Assembly (NCBI RefSeq): GCF_000150275.1
Contig: NW_002060946.1
Coordinates: forward strand, 1,626,722 to 1,690,721
Origin: Trichoplax adhaerens
Taxonomy: Eukaryota; Animalia; Placozoa
DNA: 64,000 nt
Reading direction: 5' to 3'
A program made the translations under genes and the position numbers. This document shows positions 13,890 to 26,875 of the stretch, piece by piece. Numbering within the stretch: the stretch's first letter is position 1; each line of letters starts with the position of its first letter. The notes beneath the pieces were generated by a model. The model was not told the DNA's origin. It did not search any database and saw nothing but the letters and a program-made list of their open reading frames with translations.

Positions 13890-15305
13890 GATATCGTAGT
13901 CTATGGACACAGTACATCCAATATGGTGGATATCATCTGGTCAAAGTGCAACGAAATGCCGGTATCGACTTTGTGGACAAATCGTAAAATGTATTGATAG
14001 ACCTAATGTACAATGTCTGTTTGCATGTTGATCTTGATGGCTTGAATTTATTTTCCATTCTGCCACTATTGTCCTGCATTTGAAGAACTCGTCAAAAGTT
14101 ACAAGTACAGTAGTGGATGATTAATGTCGTAAGCGAATTATTTTAACTAGATCGTAGTCCATGTACACAGGATATCCAATATGGTGGATATCATCTGGTC
14201 AAAGCGCAACAAAATGCCGGTATCGGCTTTGTGGACAAATCGTAAAGTGGACTGATAGACCTGATGTACAATGTCTGTTTGCATGTTGATCTTACTTGAT
14301 GGCTTGAATTTATTTTCCATTCTGCCACTACTGTCCTGCATTTTGAAGAACTCCTCCAAAGTTACAAGTACAGTAGTGGATGATTAATGTCGCAAGCGAA
14401 TTATTTTAACTAGATCGTAGTCTTTGTGCACAGGATATCCAAGATGGTGGATATCATCTTGTCAAAGTACAACTGTTCATCTTGATGGCTTGAATTTATT
14501 TTCCATTCTGCCTCTATTGTCCTGCATTTGAAGAACTCGTCTAAAGTTACAAGTACAGTAGTGGATGATTAATGTCGCAAGCGAATTATTTTAACTAGAT
14601 CGTAGTCCATGTACACAGGATATCCAATATAGTGGATATCATCTGGTCAAAGCGCAACAAAATGCCGGTATCGGCTTTGTGGACAAATCGTAAAATGGAC
14701 TGATAGACCTAATGTACAATGTCTGTTTGCATGTTGATCTTACTTGATGGCTTGAATTTATTTTCCATTCTGCCACTACTGTCCTGCATTTTGAAGAACT
14801 CCTCCAAAGTTACAAGTACAGTAGTGGATGATTAATGTCGCAAGCGAATTATTTTAACTAGATCGTAGTCCTTGTGCACAGGATATCCAAGATGGTGGAT
14901 ATCATCTTGTCAAAGTACAACTGTTCATCTTGATGGCTTGAATTTATTTTCCATTCTGCCTCTATTGTCCTGCATTTGAAGAACTCCTCCAAAGTTACAA
15001 GTACAGTAGTGGATGATTAATGTCGCAAGCGAATTATTTTAACTAGATCGTAGTCCATGTACACAGGATATCTAATATAGTGGATATCATCTGGTCAAAG
15101 CGCAACGAAATGCCGGTATCGGCTTTGTGGACAAATCGTAAAATGGACTGATAGACCTGATGTACAATGTCTGTTTGCATGTTGATCTTACTTGATGGCT
15201 TGAATTTATTTTCTGTTCTGCCACTACTGTCCTGTATTTGAAGAACCCCTCCAAAGTTACGAGTACAGTAGTGGATGATTGATATTCGCAAGCGAATCAT
15301 TTTAA
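13890..15305. repeat. Higher-order tandem array of alternating 263-bp and 185-bp units (448-bp period)
   Basis: The anchor ctagatcgtagtc occurs at 14147, 14410, 14595, 14858 and 15043. Short units lack an internal segment of about 78 bp. Confidence 0.95.
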
Positions 15306-15534
15306 TTGGAAATATTCCATTTAGACAACAGCTGCTTGCCTCAGTGCTGCTTAGACCGGTTTATATTTTGAATCAAGCCATCGAAAATTCCAAATACCCT
15401 TCTATGCAATCGATACGACAGACATTCTTCATCAAATTGTCTATCTAATAATAAATAATAATAACAATTGTAATGCAGTACATCAACAATGCAAAACATA
15501 TTGTAATCTAGTCAATCCCTTTAAAATGGATTAC

Positions 15535-15835
15535 TTCCGTGTCTCGTCTTTTCAATAAATTTATTACAAGCTCTCAATACAACTGTGTGTACATTGAATG
15601 GAAAACTTGAAATTTATTTCGCACTCGAGCCTTTTCAGGACTGATATACTATACCAATCGGCCATCATACCATCGAGTTCTATCATCTTGCAGTAAGTAG
15701 ACCAGAAAGATTGAATCAACCTTGGCAGTCAAAATCGCCATGCACAGGAAATTTCTGAATGTACCCTTGTTGAAGTCGCGCAGCCGCTGTCGCAGTTGCT
15801 CTTCGGCTTATTGTTGCCGTATGGAAAGAAGAAGT
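15535..15835 (-). pseudogene. Second importin-beta N-terminal-like relic
   Basis: One frame with three stops: SIRQQ*AEEQLRQ..GTFRNFLCMAIL..LVYLLQDDRTRW..*YISPEKARVRNK. This follows the IBN_N pattern RxxAExxL..GF..VYLKN..W..I..EEKxxIR. Confidence 0.35.
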
Positions 15836-16056
15836 CTATACGATAAGCATTGAAATAAAGTTTGAAATTATTTGACCGTTAATTTCAAACATTTGAAAGG
15901 ACACTGTGTAGACTGTAGACAGTACAGTGTATAGTACTGTAATGTCCTATACTGTCGGTTTATCAGATACAGTCTGTAATAGTAAAGTGTACAGTGTAGG
16001 TACTGTACAGGCTGAGAGTTCATTAATTTGATTGATTAGTTAATGAATTAATTAAT

Positions 16057-16580
16057 CAAAACTAAAACTGCATAATTTACCGTTAATAAGTCACTACAAT
16101 TTCAAATTAATCGATCAACAGGCCTCAAAGTAGTTGCAAATCCAATCAAGTTGGTTGCAATCCATCCAAACTAAAACTGCATAATTGACCGTCAAGAAGT
16201 CACTACAATTTCAAATTAATCGATCAACAGGCCTCAAAGTAGTTGCAAATCCAATCAAGTTGGTTGCAATCCATCCAAACTAAAACTGTATAATTTACCG
16301 TTAATAAGTCACTATAATTTTATATTAATCGATCAACAGGCCTCAAAGTAGTTACAAATCCAATCAAGTTGGTTGCAATCCATCCAAACTAAAACTGTAT
16401 AATTGACCGTCAAGAAGTCACTACAATTTCAAATTAATCGATCAACAGGCCTCAAAGTAGTTGCAAATCCAATCAAGTTGGTTGCAATCCATCCAAACTA
16501 AAACTGCATAATTGACCGTCAAGAAGTCACTACAATTTCATATTAATCGGTCAACAGGCCTCAAAGTAGTTGCAAATCTA
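16057..16580. repeat. 109-bp tandem array (about 5 copies) immediately upstream of helicase copy 1
   Basis: ggcctcaaagtagtt occurs at 16121, 16230, 16339, 16448 and 16557. Confidence 0.97.
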
Positions 16581-16656
16581 TTTCAACTTATACCCTATTC
16601 CACTGGACTTTTTCCATCGTTTGAAGAACGATAGATAGAGTGATACAGAGGAGAAC

Positions 16657-19600
16657 ATGAAAAGACAATATCCATTAACCTATGAACCCTTAAATGGTAC
16701 TCTCGAGTATCCATCCTTCTTCAGGGATCGTCTAAACAAACGCAAAAAAATACAACCAATTCAATCTTTTGACACTCTTAACCAGCCAGTGTTACAAGCA
16801 CAACGTGAAGAGCAACAACGACTAATTCGATTAGGTTTGATCAATGATCCATCCTGTTATACATCTGATACTGCTGATCAATCAACACCAGTGGGTACCT
16901 CGATCTCCAATCCTGTTATTATTCTCGATAGCAGTAGTGATGAAGAGGAAATTCAAGAAGTAATCTATCCATTATCCAAATCATCGCAAGATAGCAAAAC
17001 GGTGGTCCACTCTGGCTCAAGCGTAACCAATCCTTCCGCTAGTTCTTACGCCGCTGTTATTGATAGTTGTAGCAAAGACAGAAATAGCCATAACAACAAC
17101 AAACCAAAACATGAAACTTTCTATCTCCAAAAGATCAATCAACTTATCGACCAAAGTGGGCGAAAACAGGTAGAATACTGTATTGTACACACAATGACAC
17201 CAACAAGACTCCATTTTGATACCGGACTCTTTCATATTTCTATCCACCTACCTTCCAATAATCGTCCTACACGGCCCAACAGAAAGAATCATACGCTAAT
17301 CATTCTTTTCTTACTTAGGCCCATCATTCTCTCTTTTAATACTATCACTTTAGCTCATCTTTGAAACATATCTTATTCAATCTTAATGCCATCACGTATA
17401 CCATTAGCTATAGTATAATTATCAACATTAATCATGATAAGCAGTCTTGTAGATAGATCACTTAATGCAATGCCTCTTCCATCAATACGATCGCTTGGAC
17501 GAATCCTCACCGTCACATACGAAAAAAATTCGTAAACAATATCAGGCTAACTGCTCCTTTCATCGAGGCGATCGCTTTAACTAGTCCTGAAACACCTTCA
17601 ATTTCGTCGAAATACTGTACCTTCATGCATAAGGCAAAAAGCGACGAATCATATCTAATTTAGTTATTCCAACTATGCGTATACATTCCATCAGTACCAT
17701 CTCTCCAAAGATGTGCAACTCAATCGGATTATCCTCATATTTATGTCAAGTTTAGCAAAGAATCATAAACAGTAACAATCACTGCTGCACAATCGCTTTC
17801 ACTAGTCCTGAAGCATCTTCAACCTAATCTAAATACCTTTAAAGCCTAGCCCGAATAGTAAAGAATCCAGATCAAGTTCATTAGTTATACTAACTGCTCA
17901 TCCTATCAATACAATCCCCTCCTATGATCATGATCATCCATTCAATCCAATGTTTCCCGCATGAGGTCAAATAGTAAAGAATCATAAGCAATCTTGGTGA
18001 GGCTAATTATTTATTCCATGAACACAATCGCTTTGACTAGCCTTGAAAGATTTTAAATGTAGTCTAAATACCTTCAAGTCTAGCCCAAACAGTAAAGAAT
18101 CATCACTCATCTAAGCTATGTTCAATGTTCATAGATGTTCAACCAATCCAATTATCTTCATGCTTATGTCAAATATAGTCAAGAATCATAAATAATACCA
18201 ATCAATACAATCGCTTTGACTAGTCCTGAAGGATCTTCATTTAGTCCAAATACCTTTAAGTACCTAAAGTGTAGCCCAAATAGTAAAGAATTATCGCTCA
18301 TCTCATTTACCCTATTCATAAATGTTCAATTCAATCCAATTATCCGCATGCTTAGGTCAAATGTAGTCAAGAATCATGAGTAATATCGATTAATACCATC
18401 GCTGCGACTAGTCCTGAAGGATCTTCAACTTAATAATCTGCATCCCTTTAAAGCCTAGCCCAAACGGTAAAGAATCTCACTCACCCTAGTTACCCTAACC
18501 ACTCATTCCATCAGTACAATCCTCTCCCAAGATCATCAACTCAATCGAATTTTCCTCATACGATATCAATACAATCACTTTGACTAATCTTGAAAAATCT
18601 TGAACTTAGCCGAGTTACCTTTATTAAAGCATAAACCAATTGTAAAGAATCATACTAACCGAACCTATTCATTCTGTCGGTACTTTCAATCCTATCCCAA
18701 GATCTTCAATTTAATCTAATGATCCTCACGCATACTTCAAGTAACGAAGAATTACAAATATCTTGAAACTTACAGGGTTAATATGTAAAAGGCTTAATCG
18801 ATTTATTTTGATGCCATTTTAAACATTAAGTGATCCTTTAAAGGCTATGCTAGCCAAGACTCCAACTCATACACCAATCCTACTGCATTTTAATCTTGCC
18901 ATCTTTAAAGTTTAAAATCAATCTGTACTCCTAAATTCGAATTCATCGATAATACTTTAGTTCTCTATCAATGTAGCGAATACTCGTCGTATTATTTTAT
19001 TGTTGATGGTTGACGATATTTCTTTCAACTATGAAACATAACCTGTATTAAAATATATATCTAGCAAGTAATCATTTCGTAATACAGAAAATCTTTGAAC
19101 TGTATCCTCAGAGAAAATTACCGTAGATATGCTATACTGTAATAGAGAATCCAATAAGATTATAATTATCGATGATATATTAAACGAGATGCATAGAAAG
19201 TAAACCATTCATGCAAAATACAGTACAAAATGGTGTATTTATATCATTTAATAGTCCTAATACTTTCCCATACTGATCAACCCTACTCATTTTGTTTTGT
19301 AGAGTAGACACAATCAGAATCCTGTATTTATTGATTATAACTACAGTATAATAAAGTATATTTAAAAAAAATTTAGATAGCGGTAATCGTCATCTTATTG
19401 AAGTAGCTAGCACGATTTCGCTCCATAATTCTTATTATGCAGTATACTCTAGAAATACAATAGCAATAAATTTTCATTGCAAGCAAATACTACACGCAAT
19501 ATCGGTATTAAGCACTTATCAAAATTATTAGAAGTAAAAAAATTCAGATCTACATTTATCAAAAACAACGATTATATTATGAGTTACCCTCTCTGCTAAC

Positions 19601-22600
19601 ACTAAATAATGAATAGTTACGAAATTTTCGTTTTATAATAAAAAATGACAGGATCCACTTTTTGACAATTTGAAGATTAAAGATAGTGATCGTCCTGGAG
19701 AAGAAGAAAACATCGCTGATTGCTATAGTCTTAGTTCCGATGACGAAGAGCTTTTATCTGATGACGTCTACAAAAGTTATTTAACTCTTCGTAAGCCTCC
19801 CCCAAGTCGTGGAATAATTAATGTTAATCGCCCCGCCTCTGAGACGGATATTTGCATCTCTCCTCATTTAATTCCTATTTTGAAAACTCATCAGGTAATC
19901 AATTATATCACATGTGTAAATAGCATAATTGCTTACCTAGTAATTGCATACTACATATCAACTTTCTCGTATTCGTGACCTTAAATGGTTTTCATCTTCA
20001 ATAAAGATTAATGAAACTCTTAAACGCTATTAATGATATAGCAGTCTCTCTGCTCTAGGTCATATAAGTCTTTAGCGATATAACAACAAACATTAAGCTA
20101 TACTGTACTTTGCCGTCGTTATATTTGTTGTTGATGAATTCTAATATTGAATAAATGACATCCTATGGGTTAATATATAATTTAACTATCGATCATTGGA
20201 TAGGTGGCAGGTATCCAGTTTCTATTTAACAATGTAGTGGAATCTTTTAAGCGCTACAGAACAAGTGACGGCTTGGGCTGTATTTTAGCCCATTCAATGG
20301 GTCTTGGAAAGACGTTACAAGTTGTTGCTTTCATCGAAATCTTCTTACGTGCATTAAGCGCAAAATGTGTTTTATGTATTGTACCTCTATCTACTCTAGA
20401 TCACTGGCTAAATGAAATAAATTACTGGTTGCCAAGTTCTACCTCCGCTCTTTTCTCTGTAAGGAGATCTCGATAAAGCTGTAGCGATTATGTTGTAGAG
20501 CACGTATGAATGCAATATTGTACATGCACAATCTTCACTTTAATTTCTTCTTTCTACTACAGAAATTCAATTACCAACGCCCATTTAAGGTCTACCAAAT
20601 CAGCAGTAATTGCAAATCATTAAAAGATAGAGCTAATATCATTAATGAATGGCGAAATATTGGAGGTGTCCTAATTATTGGCTACGATATGTACCGTATA
20701 TTAATGACAATGTCAGCATATCAAAACAACACAAAGAAGGGAGAGGAAGTTGCTTCTCCCGACAGTATGGAAATTGCCGATTTAGATCTCATAGAAGAAA
20801 AATCGCAATACATTAAGGGTAAGTTTTTTAATAATATCTTTAATTAGTTATACGCGTATATCCATTATTTAATTAGTTCACCTACTAACTCTCATGATAC
20901 TTATTTTGGTAAATTCCGTAGATATTCGTCTTGCATTATCAGATCCGGGCCCAGACTTAGTAATATGTGATGAAGGGCATATCTTGAAGAATGCAGCAAC
21001 TTCTGTTACGAAGACTTTAAAAGAAATTAAGACAAAGTAATTTTCAATATTTCACTACCGTACGCATTATAGCGCGTGGTTGAGTAAATATTCTTTTTTA
21101 TCGCTTAATCCAAACAGACGTCGAATAGTTTTAACAGGCTATCCGATACAAAATAATCTAATAGAATATTGGTGTATGGTGGATTTCGTTAGACCTAACT
21201 ACCTCGGTGATAAAAAACAATTTTCTAACATGTTTGAACGACCTATAGCTAACGGCGAATGTGTTGATAGTACACCAAATGTATGCATACTATTATATTA
21301 ACATGATCAGAAATCAACATTGGAAGTTTCATTAATAATGTTTGTACATATGATTACAGGACATTAAAAAAATGAGGTTCAGATCGTACGTTTTACAGAA
21401 AATGTTAAAAGGCTTTGTACAAAGGTATTATTGTAGTCGTACTATTGAGTATTTTGTTTTTATATTATTGATTAAGTATGTGTATACTGAATAATATTTT
21501 ATTTCCGTCCAATTGTTGCCATAAACACAAGGCGAAGCCAAAAAATATTAAAAGACGCTTTATTACCCAAGAAGGAATACGTTTTACTGATTAGGATGTC
21601 ACCTATCCAAGAAAAACTATATAGTACTTTCATGGAATGTGTAATTAAAAAAAATTGGACCAAAATTAGCTTAAAGATTGGCGCTAACGTTTTATTAGCC
21701 TTTTCTGTCTTGTATAAAGTACGTATGTACAGTATCTCATAAACTCTAAGATGTATTGTTCTGACTTACAGGCCCTACGGCTGCTAAATCACGATATACT
21801 TATAATTCAGGTTTGGAATCATCCTGACGTGTTACACCAGGCTATAATGCAACAAGATAAAACCTACCAATATGATATCTTAGTAAGCACTACGAACTTG
21901 AACGTAACTTTTTTAGTATAATTACGCTAATATCGTAGAGTTAAGTGCCATTTAATCTATAATCTGTAAAATTTACACCAAAGTTCACATACTGTCTGAG
22001 TGTCTGAGTGGTTACTAATAGTACTTAATGGAGTACTTTCAATAACTTAATAGAACGATGCAGATCGTGATTTGGAATTAGAACTTGGAGCTAATACTAG
22101 TAATGATAATTCTGACGTTCATGGCAATCACGAAACTAAAGTAACCAGACGTACCAATAAAACGGAAGACGAAGGGTCATCTATAGATTATTCATGGGTC
22201 AGTTAATAACTTAAATGCTCACTACTCTAATTGTAATAACTTGCGCTATACGAGTACAATATCTACGTTTTACAGGCGTTTCCATCGATGGCGCATTATG
22301 CACCTGGAGTTCTCGAACATGGTGGAAAAATGGTAATATTAATGGATTTAATTGAAAATAGCGTANNNNNNNNNNNNNNNNNNNNNNNNNNNNNNNNNNN
22401 NNNNNNNNNNNNNNNAAACTTCACAACGTTTACGTTATCGCTACAATATCGATGTAAAGAAAATTAATGGTTGCATCTATTAATAAGTAAGTTATGGAAG
22501 ATTTTAAGAAATTGTAACTGTGACTTTATAACTATGAAATATAATTTAGGTATCGACGGTAGCGTACCTAGTCATGAACGTTCTCGATTAATTGATTTAT

Positions 22601-23868
22601 TTAATTCCCCCGACAACAACTCCGTATGGCTTTTCTTAATTTCTACCAGGTACCGTGGAGGCATCAATACAGATTGTAATAAAATTAATTACAGTACATT
22701 AACGATCGATAACATACAGTACAGTATCGGTGTAACTGTTTGTCGCGATTTGATTTTTATTACATAAAGTAACGTAAATGCAAGTAATCATGCTAACATA
22801 AAATGGACTCTTATAATTTAATAGAGCTGGTAATCTTGGTATTAATCTTGTAGCTGCAAATCGTGTAGTTATTTATGACTCAGCCTGGAATCCATGTTAC
22901 GATAATCAAGCAGCATTTAGGTTATCATTTATTATACGAATGACTGTCACTATATAAAGTATGTTTCATTTGAGGATGTGATTACTTCCAATACTAAAAT
23001 TTTACCTTTTATTCGTTAGAATCTACCGGTACGGACAAAAGAAACCGTGTTACATTTACCGTTTGGTAGGTAGTAACACGATGGAACATGTAATTTATAA
23101 ATGCCAAATTCGTAAACAAGGCCTTTCACGTAAGAAAATATCATAGCATGTCTAATAAATTATCATTTTAATATACAATTAGCAGCTGTAGCTTACGTTA
23201 CTCATTTTATCTGAACTATCACGTTGAATATAGTTAAACGATAGTTGACTTCAAATGCTTGTATTTGTAGGTCGAATCATCGACGAGAGAAATCCTTGTG
23301 CAGTTTTCACTAAAAGAGAATTAAAAGCTACTATGCAATTAGAGGTATACGTTTTTAATTATTAACATTTCTATTACTAGAAAGGATTTATAACATTTGC
23401 GATGATTATACGCAGCATCCACATGAGCCATCTGTAGATCTCAGTAGACTTCAATTCGATGATCTTCTCATGGCAAATACGATAAAAAAGAATGGGCATT
23501 GGCTGACAAGGGTATATCTTGTTTGATGATGTCATTATATCAATTTATCAGATAACTCTTGAACCATTATTTTTCTCGGAACCTATTTAGGCGCCATTTG
23601 AGCATGAATCGTTGCTATTAGACGATGAAAACCAAGAGATTACGCCAGAAGAGGAACGCCAGGCAACGCAAGGTGCCATAATCGTACTAGATCAATATTA
23701 ATCCGTTTTCGTACCTAATTACATCTAATAGCTCTTGTTATTATCTGCGTATTTATTCATATCGTAGTTACAGCCAATTACTTTAGTTCACTCGAGAAAG
23801 GAACCGATTTAAAGCTATCCGATAGTGATGTCAAACCACAGTATTTAAGTCATGGACTATTACTGTAA
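16657..23868 (+). CDS. RAD54L2: SNF2-family helicase-like ATPase, RAD54L2/ARIP4 subfamily, copy 1 (multi-exon, spans the gap at 22366-22415, 3' end uncertain)
   Basis: Exon 1 (16657-17169) joins exon 2 (19652-19894) in phase 0. Motifs: [28 protein letters not shown] (the ARIP4-type HSM, not the ATRX HCM), [74 protein letters not shown] and PFEHESLLL. The N-terminus has QAQREEQQR and the SIM-like [11 protein letters not shown]. Confidence 0.88.
17560..18740. repeat. Degenerate tandem array (about 180-230 bp, about 6 copies) in intron 1 of copy 1
   Basis: caatcgctttgactagtcctgaa-like anchors near 17571, 17790, 18025, 18208, 18395 and 18571. The array is mostly absent from intron 1 of copy 2. 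Confidence 0.8.
19020..19540 (-). pseudogene. More decayed copy of the GPCR-like relic in intron 1 of helicase copy 1
   Basis: Homologous to 29505-29995; reads [35 protein letters not shown] with additional stops. Confidence 0.35.
22366..22415. other. Assembly gap inside helicase copy 1; true size is probably about 258 bp
   Basis: The gap flanks align to copy 2 positions 32638 and 32897. Confidence 0.9.
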
Positions 23869-24169
23869 AAAAGGCCGGGATCTTACCTAATAGGCGTCCA
23901 TAATCGTGTAACAGAGGATCTCTAGTGTACACTATCTAGTTTATCGTGTGTGAATACGTGCGCAGCATTATACGGTATCGTATGGTACTGCTCCAGGCGC
24001 CGCTAGATACGATATGCTTTAGTCTTCAAATTATGTATTTTGCTACTAAGAGTACTTGCCAGAAAGCATTTTACTAAACATATTACGTACACAGACAAGG
24101 CCGATTTGACTAGATTGTACAGTATGTGTATCTGATTTGCAACATCTGATCAATTTTGTCCCATCCCGT

Positions 24170-25205
24170 TGCATCCAGGTACTTCTCTAAATTTTTTTTC
24201 CAATACCCAGTAAAAGGAATATCGAGAAGTCCCTGTTGTACAACACGTATACTCCTGGTTACGGCATTACATTAATCCAGTGGACGATATCTAGATATTG
24301 TAGTCCTTTGCATATCATAACCAGGTACTTCTCGATGTATTTTTGTACCCAGTAAGAAAGAATGTCGAGAAGTTTCTGTTCTACCATATACTTCTGCTTA
24401 CGGCATAACGTTAGTCGAGTTGACGACATCCAGATAAGGTAGTCCTTTCCGTATCATAACCAGGTACTTCTCGATATTTTCTTGTACCCAGTAAAAAAGA
24501 ATATCGAGAAACCTGTTGTAAACGTACAGTGTACAGGGGCTGCATTCTATTTTAGTGCAGTAATCCCTGACTCTACCACGGAAGACAGTATACCAGGTCT
24601 TTGAATAATTAAGTTAAATCACTACCACATCGGTCACTCTTGTCTGGGTATTCCATGTCTGTTTTCTAAATCATTCGTACTAATATTGTCGAGGGCCTTT
24701 TCGATACTCACACCAAATAGAGTCGCGTCATTAAGCTAAATATCCTTTATTGTTAAACTCTACTCTAGTATATAAGCGTAGCTCCTCTGACAGCATTCTA
24801 TCAACAGTTAAAAATGGTAACGTGCTGTGGAACGTGCATTCAATCACTTACGAATAATTAAATTATTCGTAGATGACAAGTACTAATCCTACATTATGGC
24901 GTAATATCAAGATACGTATTTCGCCTAGTACTAGGAGGTTAAACGTCATTATTTGTAACAAATTGAACGTAACATACATTGACTTTCTTGCATAACTTTT
25001 TTTAAGCAGAACTTAGTAACAGGCAATAAGATTCAATATAATCATACTTAATTCAGAAGAAATTACTCAATTCGGAATCGACAAATTGAACCTAATATAC
25101 ATTGACTATCTTGCATAACTTTTTTTAAGCAAACTTAGTAACAGGTAATAAGATTCAATGTAATCATACTTAATTCAGAAGAAATTACTCAATTCGGAAT
25201 CGACC
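24170..25205. repeat. Local duplications: about 140-bp unit x2-3 (24170-24520) and 123-bp unit x2 (24958-25203)
   Basis: ccaggtacttctc occurs near 24175, 24322 and 24460; acaaattgaac occurs at 24958 and 25081. Confidence 0.8.
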
Positions 25206-25699
25206 GTCTCCGTACTAAACAACTGTTAGCTTAAGATACAGTAATGTGGGTTATTGGGGGTTAAAAGCAAAAATATTATTTGCTCACTCGCAGCCCACAT
25301 GGATGTGGGCTGTCTCACGAGAAGACATTTCACTGTGGGTTGACATCACTAGCCAGTAGCTACCAATCTATGCCTTCTGCGCCTTCTTGCAGCACATCAA
25401 GAAAAATGCCTAGAGCAGGGTATACGCTTACTTTCTCACTGTTATTTAAATTACTTCACATTTCAACCCATTTATTGTAATTGAAGCTAAATATGAATTA
25501 CTCAACATTCGTTTTATTTTTAGCTCGAAGTGTAAATCAGTATGGATGACAATCATGAGCTTGCAAATGCTTTAACGGATGAATTCACTGAATTATAATT
25601 CTCCAAATCTGGTTTATTGTATTGCATAACATGTCATGCAATTCTCAACTACATTTTTTCATTACTGCCTAATGGCAAGATTGTTTTATATTTTTAAAA

Positions 25700-26740
25700 A
25701 TCATGTATATTTACCTTTTTACTACTATCTATATACGCACAATTCGCATTTGATTTTGAGCCAATTTCTGTAATTATGATAAATTTTTATCACTTCTAAT
25801 TATCATGTACTGTACGTATGCTATCCTAACGCTTACAAGAATCGAATCTACGCAAAAGCCCAGCTTGAATAATTAATCAATGTTTACTTCTTATTGCTAT
25901 CTATACGTACAATCGTTATTTAATTTTGAACTAGTTTCTGCAATTATAAATTTATTTTTTATCACTTTTAATTACCAATTACGTGTGCTACCTAACTGCG
26001 TACGAGAATCGAACACGCAAAAGCGATTGTAATAAATCAATGTTTACTTCTTACTGCTATCTATACATACAATTTGTATTTGATTTTGAGCCAGTTTGTG
26101 TAATTATAAATTTATTTTTTATCAGTTTTAATTACTATGTACGTGTGCTATCCAACTGCATACAAGAATCGAATCTACGCAGAAGCGTAGTTTGAGTAAT
26201 TAATCAATGTTTACTTCTTACTGCTATCTATATTATATATACAATTCGTATTTAATTTTGAGCAAGTTTGTGTAATTCTAATTTATTTTTTATCACTTTT
26301 AATTACCATGTACGTGTGCTATCCAACTGCGTACAAGAATCGAATCTACACAAAAACGTAGTTTGAGTAATAAATCAATGCTTGCTTCTTACTGCTATCT
26401 ATACATACAATTCGTATTTAATTTTGAGCTAGTTTGTGTAATTATAAATTTATTTTTGATCACTTTAATTGACGTGTGCTATCCAAATGCGTACAATACT
26501 ACTGTCTATGCATGCAATTCGTATTTGATTTCGAGCCAGTTTGTGTAATTATAAATTCATTTTTATCACTTTGATTGCCATGTACATGTGCTATCGAAAT
26601 GCACACAATACTACTGTCTATACATACAATTCCTATTTGATTTTGGGCCAGTTTGTGTAATTATAAATATATTTTTATCACTTTTATTGCTATATACGTG
26701 TACTATCTATTTGCGTACAGAATCAAATCTACGCGTGGAC
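25700..26740. repeat. Tandem array of about 100-170 bp units (about 7 copies) downstream of copy 1
   Basis: Recurrent caattcgtatttgattttgagccagtttgtgtaattataaat. Only one unit is present at the homologous site of copy 2 (about 34830-34975). Confidence 0.9.
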
Positions 26741-26875
26741 AATTTGCTCAGTGATGGCGCATCGCAGCGAAAAATGCTGCTTGTCTATCTATATATACTG
26801 TAAGTTCGTTTCCAGTCCCTTTTTCTTTCTTATGATTTTGAAATTTTAAGATTTTAGGGGTATGGTTTATCATTG

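Noticed and set aside
16657-17364. ORFs 16657-17364 and 28234-28830 as separate single-exon genes
   Set aside because: Coding similarity between them ends at a shared CAG|GTA donor that is in phase with helicase exon 2, and they carry ARIP4-like N-terminal motifs.
20204-23700. Helicases as ATRX
   Set aside because: The AHSMGLGKT motif, VVES..R.SDG context, YRYGQ and the N-terminal motifs fit RAD54L2/ARIP4, and no ADD domain is present.
25983-26803. Repeated short ORFs (..YCYLYIQFVF..) and similar ORFs at 50778 and 62258-62636
   Set aside because: They are translations of AT-rich tandem repeats whose units mostly do not preserve frame.
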